A DNA stretch of 60,852 bases, counting the filler, from Nemertoderma westbladi (lineage: Eukaryota; Animalia; Xenacoelomorpha): assembly GCA_032718475.1 (NCBI GenBank). It is 3 parts of 3 records of this genome, joined end to end, with 100 filler letters (N's around TTAATTAATTAA, not from the genome) between each part and the next. Parts side by side here need not be neighbours in the genome. Positions count along the whole stretch, not along the records: positions 19,078 to 48,218 come from JAUCBJ010006083.1; 2 more parts are not named here. One strand, 5' to 3'. A model generated the notes under the pieces. The model was not told the origin of the DNA and did not search any database. It worked only from the letters and a program-made list of their open reading frames with translations. The translations under genes were made by a program, and so were the position numbers. Position 1 is the stretch's first letter. Every line of letters starts with the position of its first letter. Shown here in pieces: positions 23,601 to 38,600 of this stretch.

Positions 23601-26600
23601 TCTAATCTTATTGTAAAGCAGGCCAGTTTGACTAAGGTAAAAAACATATTTAATAAAAATACCTAATTGTATATGTAACTTGGGGTGAGCCACGTAGTGA
23701 GCCAATGCGTACGTATGGTAATAGTTATTAGTTGATGTCTAAGTTTTGGTCCTTTCCGTTTGACTTTGTCCTTCTGCCAGAACGTCTTTTTGCTTAAAAA
23801 TAATCGCGATTAATTCAATAAGCCGCCAGTTGGGGCATTAAAATTCACCCAAATCTCAATATCAAATTCTCCAAATATGTTGGTTGATGTGTGTGTTCCA
23901 ATGACGCCTTGTGATTATATTTTTAATGACGCGGAGACATTCTGGATATATGATAAATAATGTCGCACTGTGATATAAAATTGGAGAATAATATGTACTC
24001 AATACAAGGGCTGTACTAAACATCCTGGGTAAGATTACCTTACCTATCTGGAAACGGAATGTAGACAATTCGTGTCGTGATATATATATTATTAATATTT
24101 GCTTCTACATCAAGTATATGCCTTTCTGTTCTGAACATCGTTTATTGATTTAAATAATTATTTTCCAGGTTGAATACCACTTCTCTCTCCTCAAAGAACA
24201 CTTCAACGCTAGTGTCACGAGAAGAGATTCGTTGAAGCAGCAGAAAACAACAATTCATGAGAGATTGAAGCGGGCAGCCCAGTTAATTAGCGCTCTCGAA
24301 GGTGAAAAGGTTAGCTATTCGTAGCCGCCGATAGTTCTATTGTATTTATTATTTTTACTTCTAGTAAACACCCAGTTTGTTGTTATTGTTGATTTCCACT
24401 TTGCTTTTGCTCACTTGGTAGAACGTTGGATTTGGAATTCGAATTACCGGGTTCAATACCACACTTAGATGTAATGTTTTTTCGAAGAAAATATTTGAGT
24501 TTTGTAAAATTGGTTTAATTGAAACTCGAGAACATGATTCAGTTTGGTGGAAATTAATCCAAAGAGGAGACAGTTCATGCGTTATTTGACGCGGAACTTT
24601 GAGCTATTTTGCGCTTGTTTATGCTCCACTAATTAACAATGTTACATATATTTACTGACTTTGTCAAGTTGAAATTAAAGAAAATTCACAAACGTTGGGC
24701 AAATTTATTAGAAAATATATCTGAATATATTTTATGTTTATTTTTAGGTGCGATGGGCAAAATCCGTAGCAGATCTGGAAACCCAATTGCGGACTTTAGT
24801 TGGAGATTGTCTGGTGACCGCGGCTAATATCGTGTATTTCGGCCCCTTTACCGCCCAATACCGGACGGCAATGGGTAAACAGCTGGTTGACATCTGCGAC
24901 TCCAACGATGTTGAAATATCACCTGGATTCAAAGTTGTCGATTATTTGTGCCACTCAAATGAGGTCTGTAATACCGATAATTTAATGATAATCATCATTT
25001 ATGCCCATTACGCTAGGGAATGTCTGTTCACCACAATTGGTGATTTCCTACTGTTAACCCTTCCCCTATGTTTCCTAAAGGAATGCCTGTTCACCACCAT
25101 TGGTGATCTTCCACAGTAAACCCTTCCACTCTGTTTCCTAAAAGAATGCCTGTTCATCACCATGGGTGATCTTCCACAGTAAACCCTTCCAATCTGGTTC
25201 CTAAAGGAATGCCCGTTCACCACCATGGGTGATCTTCTACAATAAACCCTTCCACAGTGTTTACTAAAGGAATGCCTGTTCACCACCATGGGTGATCTTC
25301 CACAGTAAACCCTTACACTCTGTTTCCTAAAGGAATGCCTGTTCACCACCATGTGTGATCTTTCACAGTAAACCCTTTCCCACTCTGTTTCCTAAAGGAA
25401 TGCCTGTTCACCACCATTGGTGATCTTCCACAGTAAACCCTTCCACAATGTTTCCTAAAGGAATGCCTGTTCACCACATGTGTGATCTTTCACAGTAAAT
25501 CTTTCACAGTAAACCCTTTCCCACTCTGTTTCCTAAAGGAATGCCTGTTCACCACCATTGGTGATCTTCCACAGTAAACCCTTCCACAATGTTTCCTAAA
25601 GGAATGCCTGTTCACCACCATGAGTGATCTTCCACAGTAAACCCTTACACTCTGTTTCCTAAAGGAATGCCTGTTCACCACCATGGGTGATCTTCCACAG
25701 TAAACCCTTCCACAATGTTTCCTAGAGGAATGCCTGTTCACCACCATGGTTGATCTTCCACAGTAAACCCTTCCACAATGTTTCCTAAAGGAATGCCTGT
25801 TCACCACAATGGGTGATCTTCCACAGTAAACCCTTCCACAATGTTTCCTAAAGGAATGCCTGTTCACCACCATGGGTGATCTTCCACAGTAAACCCTTCC
25901 ACAATGTTTCCTAGAGGAATGCCTGTTCACCAACATGGTTGATCTTCCACAGTAAACCCTTACACTCTGTTTCCTAAAGGAATGCCTGTTCACCACCATG
26001 GTTGATCTTCCACAGTAAACCCTTCCACAATGTTTCCTAAAGGAATGCCTGTTCACCACCATGGGTGATCTTCCACAGTAAACCCTTCCACAATGTTTCC
26101 TAAAGGAATGCCTGTTCACCACCATGGGTGATCTTCCACAGTAAACCCTTCCACAATGTTTCCTAGAGGAATGCCTGTTCACCACCATGGTTGATCTTCC
26201 ACAGTAAACCCTTACACTCTGTTTCCTAAAGGAATGCCTGTTCACCACCATGGGTGATCTTCCACAGTAAACCCTTCCACAATGTTTCCTAGAGGAATGC
26301 CTGTTCACCGCCATGGTTGATCTTCCACAGTAAACCCTTCCACAATGTTTCCTAAAGGAATGCCTGTTCACCACCATGGGTGATCTTCCACAGTAAACCC
26401 TTCCACAATGTTTCCTAAAGGAATGCCTGTTCACCACCATGGGTGATCTTCCACAGTAAACCCTTCCACAATGTTTCCTAGAGGAATGCCTGTTTACCAC
26501 CATGGGTGATCTTCCACAGTAAACCCTTCCACAATGTTTCCTAAAGGAATGCCTTTCACCACCATGGGTGATCTTCCACAGTAAACCCTTCCACAATGTT

Positions 26601-29600
26601 TCCTAGAGGAATGCCTGTTCACCACCATGGTTGATCTTCCACAGTAAACCCTTCCACAATGTTTCCTAGAGGAATGCCTGTTCACCGCCATGGTTGATCT
26701 TCCACAGTAAACCCATCCACAATGTTTCCTAAAGGAATGCCTGTTCACCACCATGGGTGATCTTCCACAGTAAACCCTTCCACAATGTTTCCTAAAGGAA
26801 TGCCTGTTCACCACCATGGGTGATCTTCCACAGTAAACCCTTCCACAATGTTTCCTAGAGGAATGCCTGTTCACCACCATGGGTGATCTTCCACAGTAAA
26901 CCCTTCCACAATGTTTCCTAAAGGAATGCCTTTCACCACCATGGGTGATCTTCCACAGTAAACCCTTCCACAATGTTTCCTAGAGGAATGCCTGTTCACC
27001 ACCATGGTTGATCTTCCACAGTAAACCCTTCCACTCTGTTTCCTAAAGGAATGCCTGTTCACCACCATGGGTGATCTTCCACAATAAACCCTTCCACAAT
27101 GTTTCCTAAAGGAATGCATGTTCACCAGCAAGGGTGATCTTCCACAGTAAACCCTTCCACAATGTTTCCTAAAGGAATGCCTGTTCACCACCATGGTTGA
27201 TCTTCCACAGTAAACCCTTCCACAATCTTTCCTAAAGGAATGCATGTTCATCAGCATGGGTGATCTTCCACAGTAAACCCTTCCACTCCCAAATTTAATA
27301 ATATTTTATTTAAATTTTATTGGTGGTAGAATATCAAATCTACCAAATGTTCCGTAAACGGTGTAAAAATATAATATGTAACTAAAACTAAAACTGAAAC
27401 TATTCACCATAAACAATTTAATTAAACTACGGTAGAATTGTGAACTGTGTGGTAAAGGGTAATGATAATCTCGTTGCATCTGACTTACGTGGAATCATGA
27501 TAGGAATGTCAGAAACCAATCGCTACGGGATGACCGTATTGGAGATGATGATGACTGAGATGGGATGTTTCCGGAAGCCGACTACTACTACTAGGATCGG
27601 CATGCTGCATTGCAGCTGCATTTTTAAGAATGCTGTGCCGGCTTTCGCCGACAATATCTCGCTAATGACTTAGTGTCGGCTTGGGAGTGGTATCATGTTA
27701 GGGAGTGGTATAATTTAATTAATAATTTTCTTCCGTTTATATTTCAACTATAATTCGATTTCTAGGTATTAACTTGGTACAGTCAAGGTCTCCCACGCGA
27801 TTCTCATTCTGTAGAGAACGCCCTATACGTGACTAAAGGCAGACGATGGCCCCTGCTAATAGACCCACAAAGACAGGCGCGTCGGTGGATAGATCATAGC
27901 GAAGGGAATTCACTGCGAACTATAGACGCGAATAACCCCGGGTTAATTAACGCAGTTATAAACGCTCTAAGAGTTGGACAACCCGTTCTGGTTTACGTTA
28001 GTTATTTAATGCACATATTAGTCACATTATCATTATTATTAGTTTTATTTTGCACAGAGATATATAATTGATTAATGATAACAAACTACACTGCACTGTA
28101 TTCGCTCTAATACATTAATAGCTCTACAAAGGAAGCAACTATGTAGCACAAAGAAATATTATAAATATTGGCTAAGAAAGTTTTTCAGGTTCGAACAAAA
28201 AATAAAAAATATTTAATGGAAGTTATATTATGGGTTCTAGACACCTAGTAAATTATTCTAAAGTAATCACAGCGACTTACCAGTAAATTGAGTCATTCTC
28301 ATACAGGTGCCCATTCTAACCTAACAGCAGCCCTAGTGCCAACTCGGCTTATATTTTTTTAAACAGATTATCATATCAATTTGATAACAATTTTACACAA
28401 ATACGAGATATATTTTACATTTTTAAATTATCCAAATTTAAATAGGACGTATACCGAATCGGGTAGCCTATATGGATTGTTTGCAGTCAAATTTTGCACC
28501 CTTCATTTTTTTAAAGTTTGTGAAAGCGGGAGATATTATACTAATAAGTAAGTTATTGAGTATAGTTAAATATTGTTCGATTATACAATTTCTAATCTCT
28601 ACGAAGTTTTACGACCGTCTCTCAACACAATTATTTGTCGTTCTCCCCAGGGTGTCAGCGAGATTCTAGAACCAGCATTGAACCCGGTACTACTAAGGGA
28701 GACCATTATGGTTGCCGGGAAACCGATGATGACAATCGGGGATACTGAGGTTGAAGTTGATAGCAACTTCAGATTGTATCTGTGTTCCGACGCAAATAAC
28801 CCTGAGTTTCATGCTTCAGTCTCTATCAAAGTCACTCTCATTAACTTTACCGTCACTTTCGACGGCCTGGAAGAACAATTGTTAACGACGGTTGTAGGAA
28901 AGGTAATTACAACTCTGTTTCCTAATGATGTACAATTACGTTGTACAATATGTTTCTTTATCGTTTTACGTTTTACGTACATTTGTGCTTGTGGATATCT
29001 ACAGTGTATGAAAGTTAGATAACACTCGGTGTGAATTTCGCATGTTTGATGTTTATTGGAAATTGTATCCGCTGACAATGATAGTCTATTTTGTTTCCCA
29101 TTATTACTTGTTCAGACTTCCGAATGATCTACCAGACTTCCCGCTGACCCACCGATTGGCCGTGGCTGCGACTTATTGTGAGAGGCGCATTAAGTGTCAG
29201 GACTCTTTGATGCTTCTTATTCACAATTTTTCATGTCATCAATCAAATTGTTTACTGCTGATCGATGCGCACCAAACAGTCTATTTTCGCCTTTTCGTAT
29301 AAGTGTATCTCTGTAATAGAGTCAGCTGTCCGTCTGTCCAGGTGAGTCCGTTTCATTGATTGGTCTCACGTATTTTGTAGGAGGAAGCTGGTTTGGAAAC
29401 GGAAAGAACTGATATTCTGAAGGGATTGGCTTCTGATTTCAAAATGTTGCGCAATTTGGAAGACAGATCGCTTACAAGGCTACAAAATCTACAGGTGCGT
29501 TGTTTACTTTGTGTGATAGATTGACCAATGAAATAAAAAGTTTCATTATTAACATTAATTACCTCGAATAAATTATCGACGGTTACCATGGCACCCAAGG

Positions 29601-32600
29601 CGATAAACTTAGGATTTTATAATCCAAAACTATGATATATAAACCCTAACATTATGTTAGCTTCAACTGCTTGTACTCAGGTCCAAATTATCGAAGTTTA
29701 TATTGTATTCCATACTGTTTCTGTGGTAACAGCAACACTAAACTTGCTTTTAGGGCCACATCCTGGACGACCAAGAGTTGGTGGACGTTCTGTTCCAAAG
29801 CAAACTCATGTCCGCAGAAATAAACCAGCGAGTTGGTGAGAGTAAAGAGAACCAGAAGCGAATAGACGAAGCCAGATCCAAGTACCTACAGGTGAGTCGC
29901 ATTTAATTAATTAACTGTAATTACCGGTATATACGTATTCTTGCAACTTTATTTACCTCAACTACTTTTAATGATGTTTTTGATGAAATATTAGTTAATT
30001 GATTATTATTTTTTATTTAACAGGTGGCTACTAGAGGTGCCATTATATACTTTGTATTGGCGGACATGGCTTGCATCGATGTAATGTATCAATTCTCATT
30101 GGCTTGGTTTCAGTCACAGTTCAGTAACTGTATAGATACAAGTCTCCGACAACGTGGTAACAGTAAAGGTCAATAATTAATGTATATTTTTTATTTTGTT
30201 AATATATTTATAATTATAGACTAGGAGTAGGCCTACAGATTTATAGCGTTTTTACCTTACATTGTATTTAGGCACTGTAAGAAACACATATTATGGGTAC
30301 GTCGCAAGATACCACTAAATGTAGTAAAGTTGTACTACATCTTGGTTTCAGTTTGTCCCTGTTTCAAGCCAACTCTGTACTCAAGTACTACTTCCCTGAA
30401 GTACCACCCGCTGGACTATAAGGGCCTACATACTTGGCAACATGGTTGTAGAATGTCCAGTCAGGGGAGGAATCAGGAATCTACTTGTAATTGACAGCTA
30501 CACCATACTGCAAGCTGCACTTGCAATAGTGCTGTTGTGCGGTGCGTGATCTGGCAGCTGACCCTTTTCACCAAAGGCAGGCCGTGGTAAGCCGGGGGTG
30601 ATTGTCACACATGCTGCGACACATAATATATGTAATTTGTAATGTAATTTAGATTTTAATTTTTTTGCTATTTTTCCAGATAATGAGAATAACGATGCCG
30701 ATTTAGCTGGTCACTTTAAGAAAGTTGTTGACTTGCTAACAGACAGTATATACACAACTGCTAGCTATGGGATATTCTCCCGACATCTACCAACTTTTAC
30801 ATTTCTACTTTGCACAAGTATAATGAGAGTAAGTGAAGTACACTGTAGAATAAATATGTATAGATAAGAGGTTTTGATATATGTTATACTATTATAATTT
30901 TTAAATATTCATTCAATATTTCAATATCGCTATATATTCCCTAAAAAATAATATATTCCCACAAAATGATTCTAAAAATTTTCGACACAAAGTTATCATT
31001 ACGCGTTGTGGATTAAGTCCACTTGAGTAAGATCTGCTCAAATCCACTCATCCTTTCATTAAGATCACCAATTACTGTCTTCTAACATACTAAATGGTCT
31101 TCTATCACAGTTACTCTGATAAGGTACTGTATTTAACAACCTTGTTAACTTAGCTAATTAATGTAAATGTCATCAATCATCTTTACTAATTGCTACTCGA
31201 AATTCGTTTCAGTGGATTTGTGAAGTAAAAGTATGAGACTATAATAATATTAAAATAATTGTTTAACTGCAGCATAGTAGGATAGGTTTCCCATTGAGAG
31301 CACAATGCATTATGGGTAATCCAACTCTCATCAACCGCATTGGTTTGCTTTTACTTTCAGTTTCACGTACATCAATACAGCATTTATTTAATGGATACTT
31401 ATGATGTAATGCCCTATGTTTTCTTGTCCCAGCGTATTGGTGACGTAAGGCACCAGGTATCGACGTAGTGTCAACTGTGCGACTGTGACGTAATAGACGC
31501 GGAAGGGTGGTTGCGACTGGGTCTATATGACGCAATCCACTTGTTAGTCCTAGCGAGGTGGATCTGGTAGTGTTGTACATATTTTTGTTTGCGGGAAGTT
31601 TTAATAATCGTGAGGAACATTGAACTCCTGGAAGGAAAACACAGTACTAGTTAGGTATATTACTGTAATGTGAATAAATTATTTTCCAATTATATTTACT
31701 AAACTTACATACGTTGTATATACATATACCACGTGCAGTAATAACGCCCCGAGCCCTTACACACAAAGTAAACCTACCGTCTCTTTTCATACGAGATGTT
31801 AGGCACTTTCGAAATCGACATGCCTGGCAATTATTTCGCCGAAACACGTCAATGATGCACCGGTTATCCTTGTTGCAACTGTAATTGGCGCCGTTTCGTA
31901 CACTGCAAAACGTAAGGAACAGAGCTAGTTATGGTTTACACAAACTAACCTAACAGAGGCTATTTTTCTAACACTATACCTATAAAATATCATTTGTTCT
32001 GTTTCTAACACTGTACATATAAATTCACAGATGTTCTGTTTAATACTGGACATACAAAGTAACATATTATTCTGTTTCTAACATTGTACTTATAAAGTAA
32101 CAGTTTCTTACACCGTGCTACCGTGTAGTAACTTAGGTTATGTTTCTTACGCTATAAAGTTGGTCAACCTGCCACTTTTACAAACTAATTTTACACAATT
32201 CTTACCTTCTTTTAAAGAAACTTCTGCAGCCGTCACACGAATACTGTCCATAATGTCTTCCAGAACTCCTGTCTCCACAAACAGCGCATGGAATAATTTC
32301 CCTTTTTTTCTTAATTATTCTTCGTCTGAATTGAGTGGGATCTGTGGAGGTAATGGGATTCTTGTAGGTCTACTGTAGTTGGATACGCAAATGTCTTTCA
32401 AAGTTTATTATAAATAATACGTAATTAATGCAATAAAACGTACCTCCTCTTATTATACAAGGTTTAAACAAACCATTTCTCTCCATGTTTACAATATTAT
32501 TCAATTAGACAAACTTCAATAAATTAATAAATAATATATATTGTCTTACGACTATAGACTAAATTATTTCGGTTGTATCCGAAAATATATATATAATCTG

Positions 32601-32663
32601 ATAATAGAATTACTCAGTTACAAAATGTCCCGGAATATGGTGTCGTAATTCAGTGAATTGGAC

Positions 32664-32695
<32 letters not shown>

Positions 32696-35600
32696 AAAAA
32701 CACTTCACCCCTTTTCAATCGCTTGTAGCTAAAGAATAAAAATTATGGCTCACCCAGTCAGTGGTCGCTCACCCACGGAGCTCACCCACGGAGCTCACCC
32801 ACGGAACTCACCCACGGAGATCACCCACGGAGCTCACCCACGGAGCTCACCCACTAAGGAGGAGGGAGGTGAAATTATCTGTTTCAAATGGCATTCAATC
32901 CCGTTAACTCGTTAGCTGCGGATGAAGTGACGCTGCACAACTTTACTGCGGCAGGTTTTACTCCCTGTTAACTTCTAACTGCTGATTGTGCACCGGTGAA
33001 CATGAAATTTTGGCTTGGGTAGCCCTTACTACAGAGTCTATAAGTGGACGTGCTCAACGAATTTTTACTCGCGATATTTTTACTCGCGATATTTTCACTC
33101 GCGATATTTTCCTCGCGATATTTTCCTCGCGATATTTTCACTCGCGATATTTTCCTCGCGATATTTTCACTCGCGATATTTTCACTCGCGATATTTTCAC
33201 TCGCGATATTTTCCTCGCGATATTTTTACTCGCGATATTTTCACTCGCGATATTTTCACTCGCGATATTTAGATTTTTTCATCTCGCGATATTTTTACTC
33301 TCGATATTTTTTAAGCGCGATCTTCAATGCGAAATTCGCCAAGAACTGTTACTCCTCTCTAGTTTATTTTATAAAAAGGGATGGACTGCGAGGTGCTAGT
33401 GGCATAGTATTGATACCTTTGGCACACTCTAGAGGTCTGTGGCTGTATGCTTTGCATCGGTACCGGTATGTCCCCAGTTATTTATAACCATATGGTGGCG
33501 CGACCATTATTGTCACTGGACACCTTTGAAAGACTCCGCCAGGCAACTTTAGTGTTCCGAATAGTTAGAAGTACAGTACCCTGGAGCCCTTTTTGGCACT
33601 TAGTGGGTCATTATGATTTCATAGACTGGAGGTGTTTTATGCGGTTCTTAGAATATTATGTAAATTTCTTAGAATTTGTTTCCTCTGGAGACATACACTA
33701 CTATTACTAGTAGACATACATATTACCACCCATCCATTCGGATGGAATTATTGAATACGAATTAAATTCAGCGAATAGATTTTAATATTATTATGTCTTG
33801 AATGTTTTATATTCGAAGATTACACTTGTTGTACATGTGTTTACACGGGATGGGATTGAATCAGACGAAAAATATTATTGATATTTTAATTTAATTAATC
33901 AAGCAAGATATGTAAAAAAAAATGTTACCGGTAAATGTGCAGCAGATACAGTACAAAGCAACCGTGACCTAGATATTGCATGCAGTAATACCTATTCAGC
34001 TCATCGGTAGGTTTCAACCCACTCAGGTGGCTTTCTCAGGCAGCCAACTGCTATTGGGGCAGCCAAGAATAAAATACTATTTTCTACAATAAATATACTT
34101 TATGCGATGGAAAAACGCGAGGTCACTGCTGTCCATGCCGCATGGAATCGTACAAGTAGTATTCATTCATTCATTAAAAATGTATTTAATCAATTTAAAT
34201 TGACATAATTTAAAAAGTGCAAAACACATATAAAAACATACGAATATAGACAGTAAATGACATTAGCCAGTAATCAGCTATGATCGCATATCAACAAAAA
34301 GGCCCAAATAACATAGGCTACAACTCTAAGATATATTTATCTATTTAGATTCTAAATTGTTATATTGGTTTAAGATTGCGATTTCAGAGCAACTTTATTT
34401 TGAAATTGTCAACTATTATTCACTAAGTTAAATTATAATATTATTATAAAGTAATAAAGTAATAAAATGTAATCAATAGACTTCAGCCTAAATCTACCCA
34501 ACCCACTGACCTCCCTGTACACAGTGTATCTGATTTGTTCGGAATACTAATATTAATTAATTTAGAAAACGTCAAATCCGCTTGATAAAGACGATGTTAT
34601 ACAGTATTATTATTCATCTTCAGGTATTTCTTTCTCCTTATAAAGTCAGTTCCCATTGGACGTAAAAAAGGAAATTCTTTCTCCAAAATCAATGTTATTG
34701 GTTGGCTTAATAATTTGACTCAAAATTAATTTGCATCACAATGAAGTAACACCAAATGCCTTACAATTTGTACTCCAATTCGGAAAAAAATTGCATTCAA
34801 GGACATATTTTTTTATTTTCTTTATTATTTTAATTCAAAACTATTTCTTTTAGAAACGTTGCGATTCTATTGCAAACTGGAAGGAGGTTTCCAAAGAATC
34901 TACTCAATTCGCTAAACATTGCGTATCTGTGGAGGAATGGCGTCTATTCCTACATTGTGACGTCATGTCTAGTTTGAAATCGAGAATAAGCCGACATGGT
35001 AAGATGGTATGTAGGATAGTCAAATTTGAACAGAAGATGATAGAACAAATTACATAAAAGCACCCTCCACCTCCACCTCCACCTCCACCTCCACCTCCAC
35101 CTCCACCTCCACCTCCACCTCCACCTCCACCTCCACCTCCACCTCCACCTCCACCTCCACCTCCACCTCCACCTCCACCTCCACCTCCACCTCCACCTCC
35201 ACCTCCACCTCCACCTCCACCTCCACCTCCACCTCCACCTCCACCTCCACCTCCACCTCCACCTCCACCTCCACCTCCACCTCCACCTCCACCTCCACCT
35301 CCACCTCCACCTCCACCCCACCTCCACCTCCACCTCCACCTCCACCCCACCTCCACCTCCACCTCCACCCCACCTCCACCTCCACCTCCACCTCCACCTC
35401 CACCTCCACCTCCACCTCCACCTCCACCTCCACCTCCACCTCCACCTCCACCTCCACCTCCACCTCCACCTCCACCTCCACCCCACCTCCACCTCCACCT
35501 CCACCTCCACCTCCACCCCACCTCCACCTCCACCTCCACCTCCACCCCACCCCACCTCCACCCCACCTCCACCTCCACCTCCACCTCCACCTCCACCCCA

Positions 35601-38600
35601 CCCCACCTCCACCCCACTCCACCTCCACCTCCACCCCACCCCACCTCCACCTCCACCTCCACCCCACCTCCACCTCCCACCCCACCTCCACCTCCACCTC
35701 CACCCCACCTCCACCTCCACCTCCACCTCCACCTCCCACCTCCACCTCCACCCCACCTCCCACCTCCACCTCCACCCCACCTCCACCCCACCCCACCTCC
35801 ACCTCCCACCCCACCTCCACCCCACCTCCACCTCCACCCCACCTCCACCTCCACCTCCACTCCACCTCCACCTCCACCCCACCTCCACCTCCACCTCCAC
35901 CCCACCCCACCTCCACCTCCACCTCCACCCCACCTCCACCTCCACCCCACCCCACCTCCACCTCCACCTCCACCCCACCTCCACCTCCACCTCCACCCCA
36001 CTCCCACCTCCACCCCACCTCCACCTCCACCCCACTCCCACCTCCACCCCACCCCACTCCCACCCCACCTCCACCCCACCTCCACCTCCACCTCCACCTC
36101 CACCTCCACCTCCACCTCCACCTCCACCTCCACCCCACCCCACCCCACCCCACCCCACCCCACTCCACCCCACCCCACCTCCACCTCCACCCCACCTCCA
36201 CCCCACCCCACCTCCACCTCCACCTCCACCCCACCCCACCTCCACCTCCACCTCCACCCCACTCCACCTCCACCCCACCTCCACCTCCACCTCCCCTCCA
36301 CCCCACCTCCACCTCCACCCCACCCCCTCCACCTCCACCTCCACCTCCACCTCCACCCCACTCCACCTCCCCTCCACCTCCACCTCCACCTCCACCTCCA
36401 CCTCCACCTCCACCTCCACCTCCACCTCCACCCCACCTCCACCTCCACCTCCACCTCCACCTCCACCTCCACCTCCACCTCCACCTCCACCTCCACCTCC
36501 ACCTCCACCTCCCCTCCACCTCCACCTCCACCTCCACCTCCACCTCCACCTCCACCTCCACCTCCACCTCCACCTCCACCTCCACCTCCACCTCCACCTC
36601 CACCTCCACCTCCACCTCCACCTCCACCTCCACCTCCACCTCCACCTCCACCTCCACCTCCACCTCCACCTCCACCTCCACCTCCACCTCCACCTCCACC
36701 TCCACCTCCACCTCCACCTCCACCTCCACCTCCACCTCCACCTCCACCTCCACCTCCACCTCCACCTCCACCTCCACCTCCACCTCCACCTCCACCTCCA
36801 CCTCCACCTCCACCTCCACCTCCACCTCCACCTCCACCTCCACCTCCACCTCCACCTCCACCTCCACCTCCACCTCCACCTCCACCTCCACCTCCACCTC
36901 CACCTCCACCTCCACCTCCACCTCCACCTCCACCTCCACCTCCACCTCCACCTCCACCTCCACCTCCACCTCCACCTCCACCTCCACCTCCACCTCCACC
37001 TCCACCTCCACCTCCACCTCCACCTCCACCTCCACCTCCACCTCCACCTCCACCTCCACCTCCACCTCCACCTCCACCTCCACCTCCACCTCCACCTCCA
37101 CCTCCACCTCCACCTCCACCTCCACCTCCACCTCCACCTCCACCTCCACCTCCACCTCCACCTCCACCTCCACCTCCACCTCCACCTCCACCTCCACCTC
37201 CACCTCCACCTCCACCTCCACCTCCACCTCCACCTCCACCTCCACCTCCACCTCCACCTCCACCTCCACCTCCACCTCCACCTCCACCTCCACCTCCACC
37301 TCCACCTCCACCTCCACCTCCACCTCCACCTCCACCTCCACCTCCACCTCCACCTCCACCTCCACCTCCACCTCCACCTCCACCTCCACCTCCACCTCCA
37401 CCTCCACCTCCACCTCCACCTCCACCTCCACCTCCACCTCCACCTCCACCTCCACCTCCACCTCCACCTCCACCTCCACCTCCACCTCCACCTCCACCTC
37501 CACCTCCACCTCCACCTCCACCTCCACCTCCACCTCCACCTCCACCTCCACCTCCACCTCCACCTCCACCTCCACCTCCACCTCCACCTCCACCTCCACC
37601 TCCACCTCCACCTCCACCTCCACCTCCACCTCCACCTCCACCTCCACCTCCACCTCCACCTCCACCTCCACCTCCACCTCCACCTCCACCTCCACCTCCA
37701 CCTCCACCTCCACCTCCACCTCCACCTCCACCTCCACCTCCACCTCCACCTCCACCTCCACCTCCACCTCCACCTCCACCTCCACCTCCACCTCCACCTC
37801 CACCTCCACCTCCACCTCCACCTCCACCTACACCTCCACCTCCACCTCCACCTCCACCTCCACCTCCACCGCCACCTCCACCTCCACCTCCACCTCCACC
37901 CCCACCCCCACCCCCACCCCCACCCCCAAATTTAATTAACACAGGCGATTATAAATAATTTGTAAACACCTGTATGTAGTTTATTTCCAGCTGAAACGGA
38001 CCAGTATGGTATACTACTGGTCCGGTTAATCGGTGGGGGAAAAATCATAACATTTTACTAAAAATAACCAGTATTAATTAATAATAATACAATTATATAA
38101 CAGTATTTTAGACATTGTATATACATTTCCATTGTCTATAATTTTATTTTTATCGTAGGTTAATACCCTGTCCTTTCTTCGACCTTGTCTTATCTATAAT
38201 CTGATTTTTATGAATGGGTATTGTTAGTGTAAATGAATCGCCATTGGAATTTGATCACTGACCTTCATTATCTCGAAAACGACCGCAAATGATCGATACG
38301 ACAACAACAACATTTATGTAATTATTTATTTCTTTAATAATAACATTTTTTCAGATAATTATTCCAGCTCTCTTTGCGCAACATAAAACTGTAGCGAATT
38401 GTTTGTCCCCCTAATAGAGTTCACAGAGGATGGACGACCAATAAGCGAAGTGATGGATTGGCCATCAATTCCACAACTAAACCAATGCAGAGTGATAGAG
38501 GACGAATTGTCCCCATTTGTCAACCTCAATCGAAGTCTCTACAGATCCATTGATCAGTGGCAGCGGTTTCGCAGCAGTAACGATCCTTTCAGTCTTCTAG

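Noticed and set aside
24408-24462. tRNA gene
   Set aside because: Only degenerate A/B-box-like sequence with no convincing acceptor stem; at most an old SINE head.
34904-37942. Long poly-Gly, (VE)n and (WR)n ORFs
   Set aside because: Translations of the (CCTCCA)n microsatellite inside a dynein intron.
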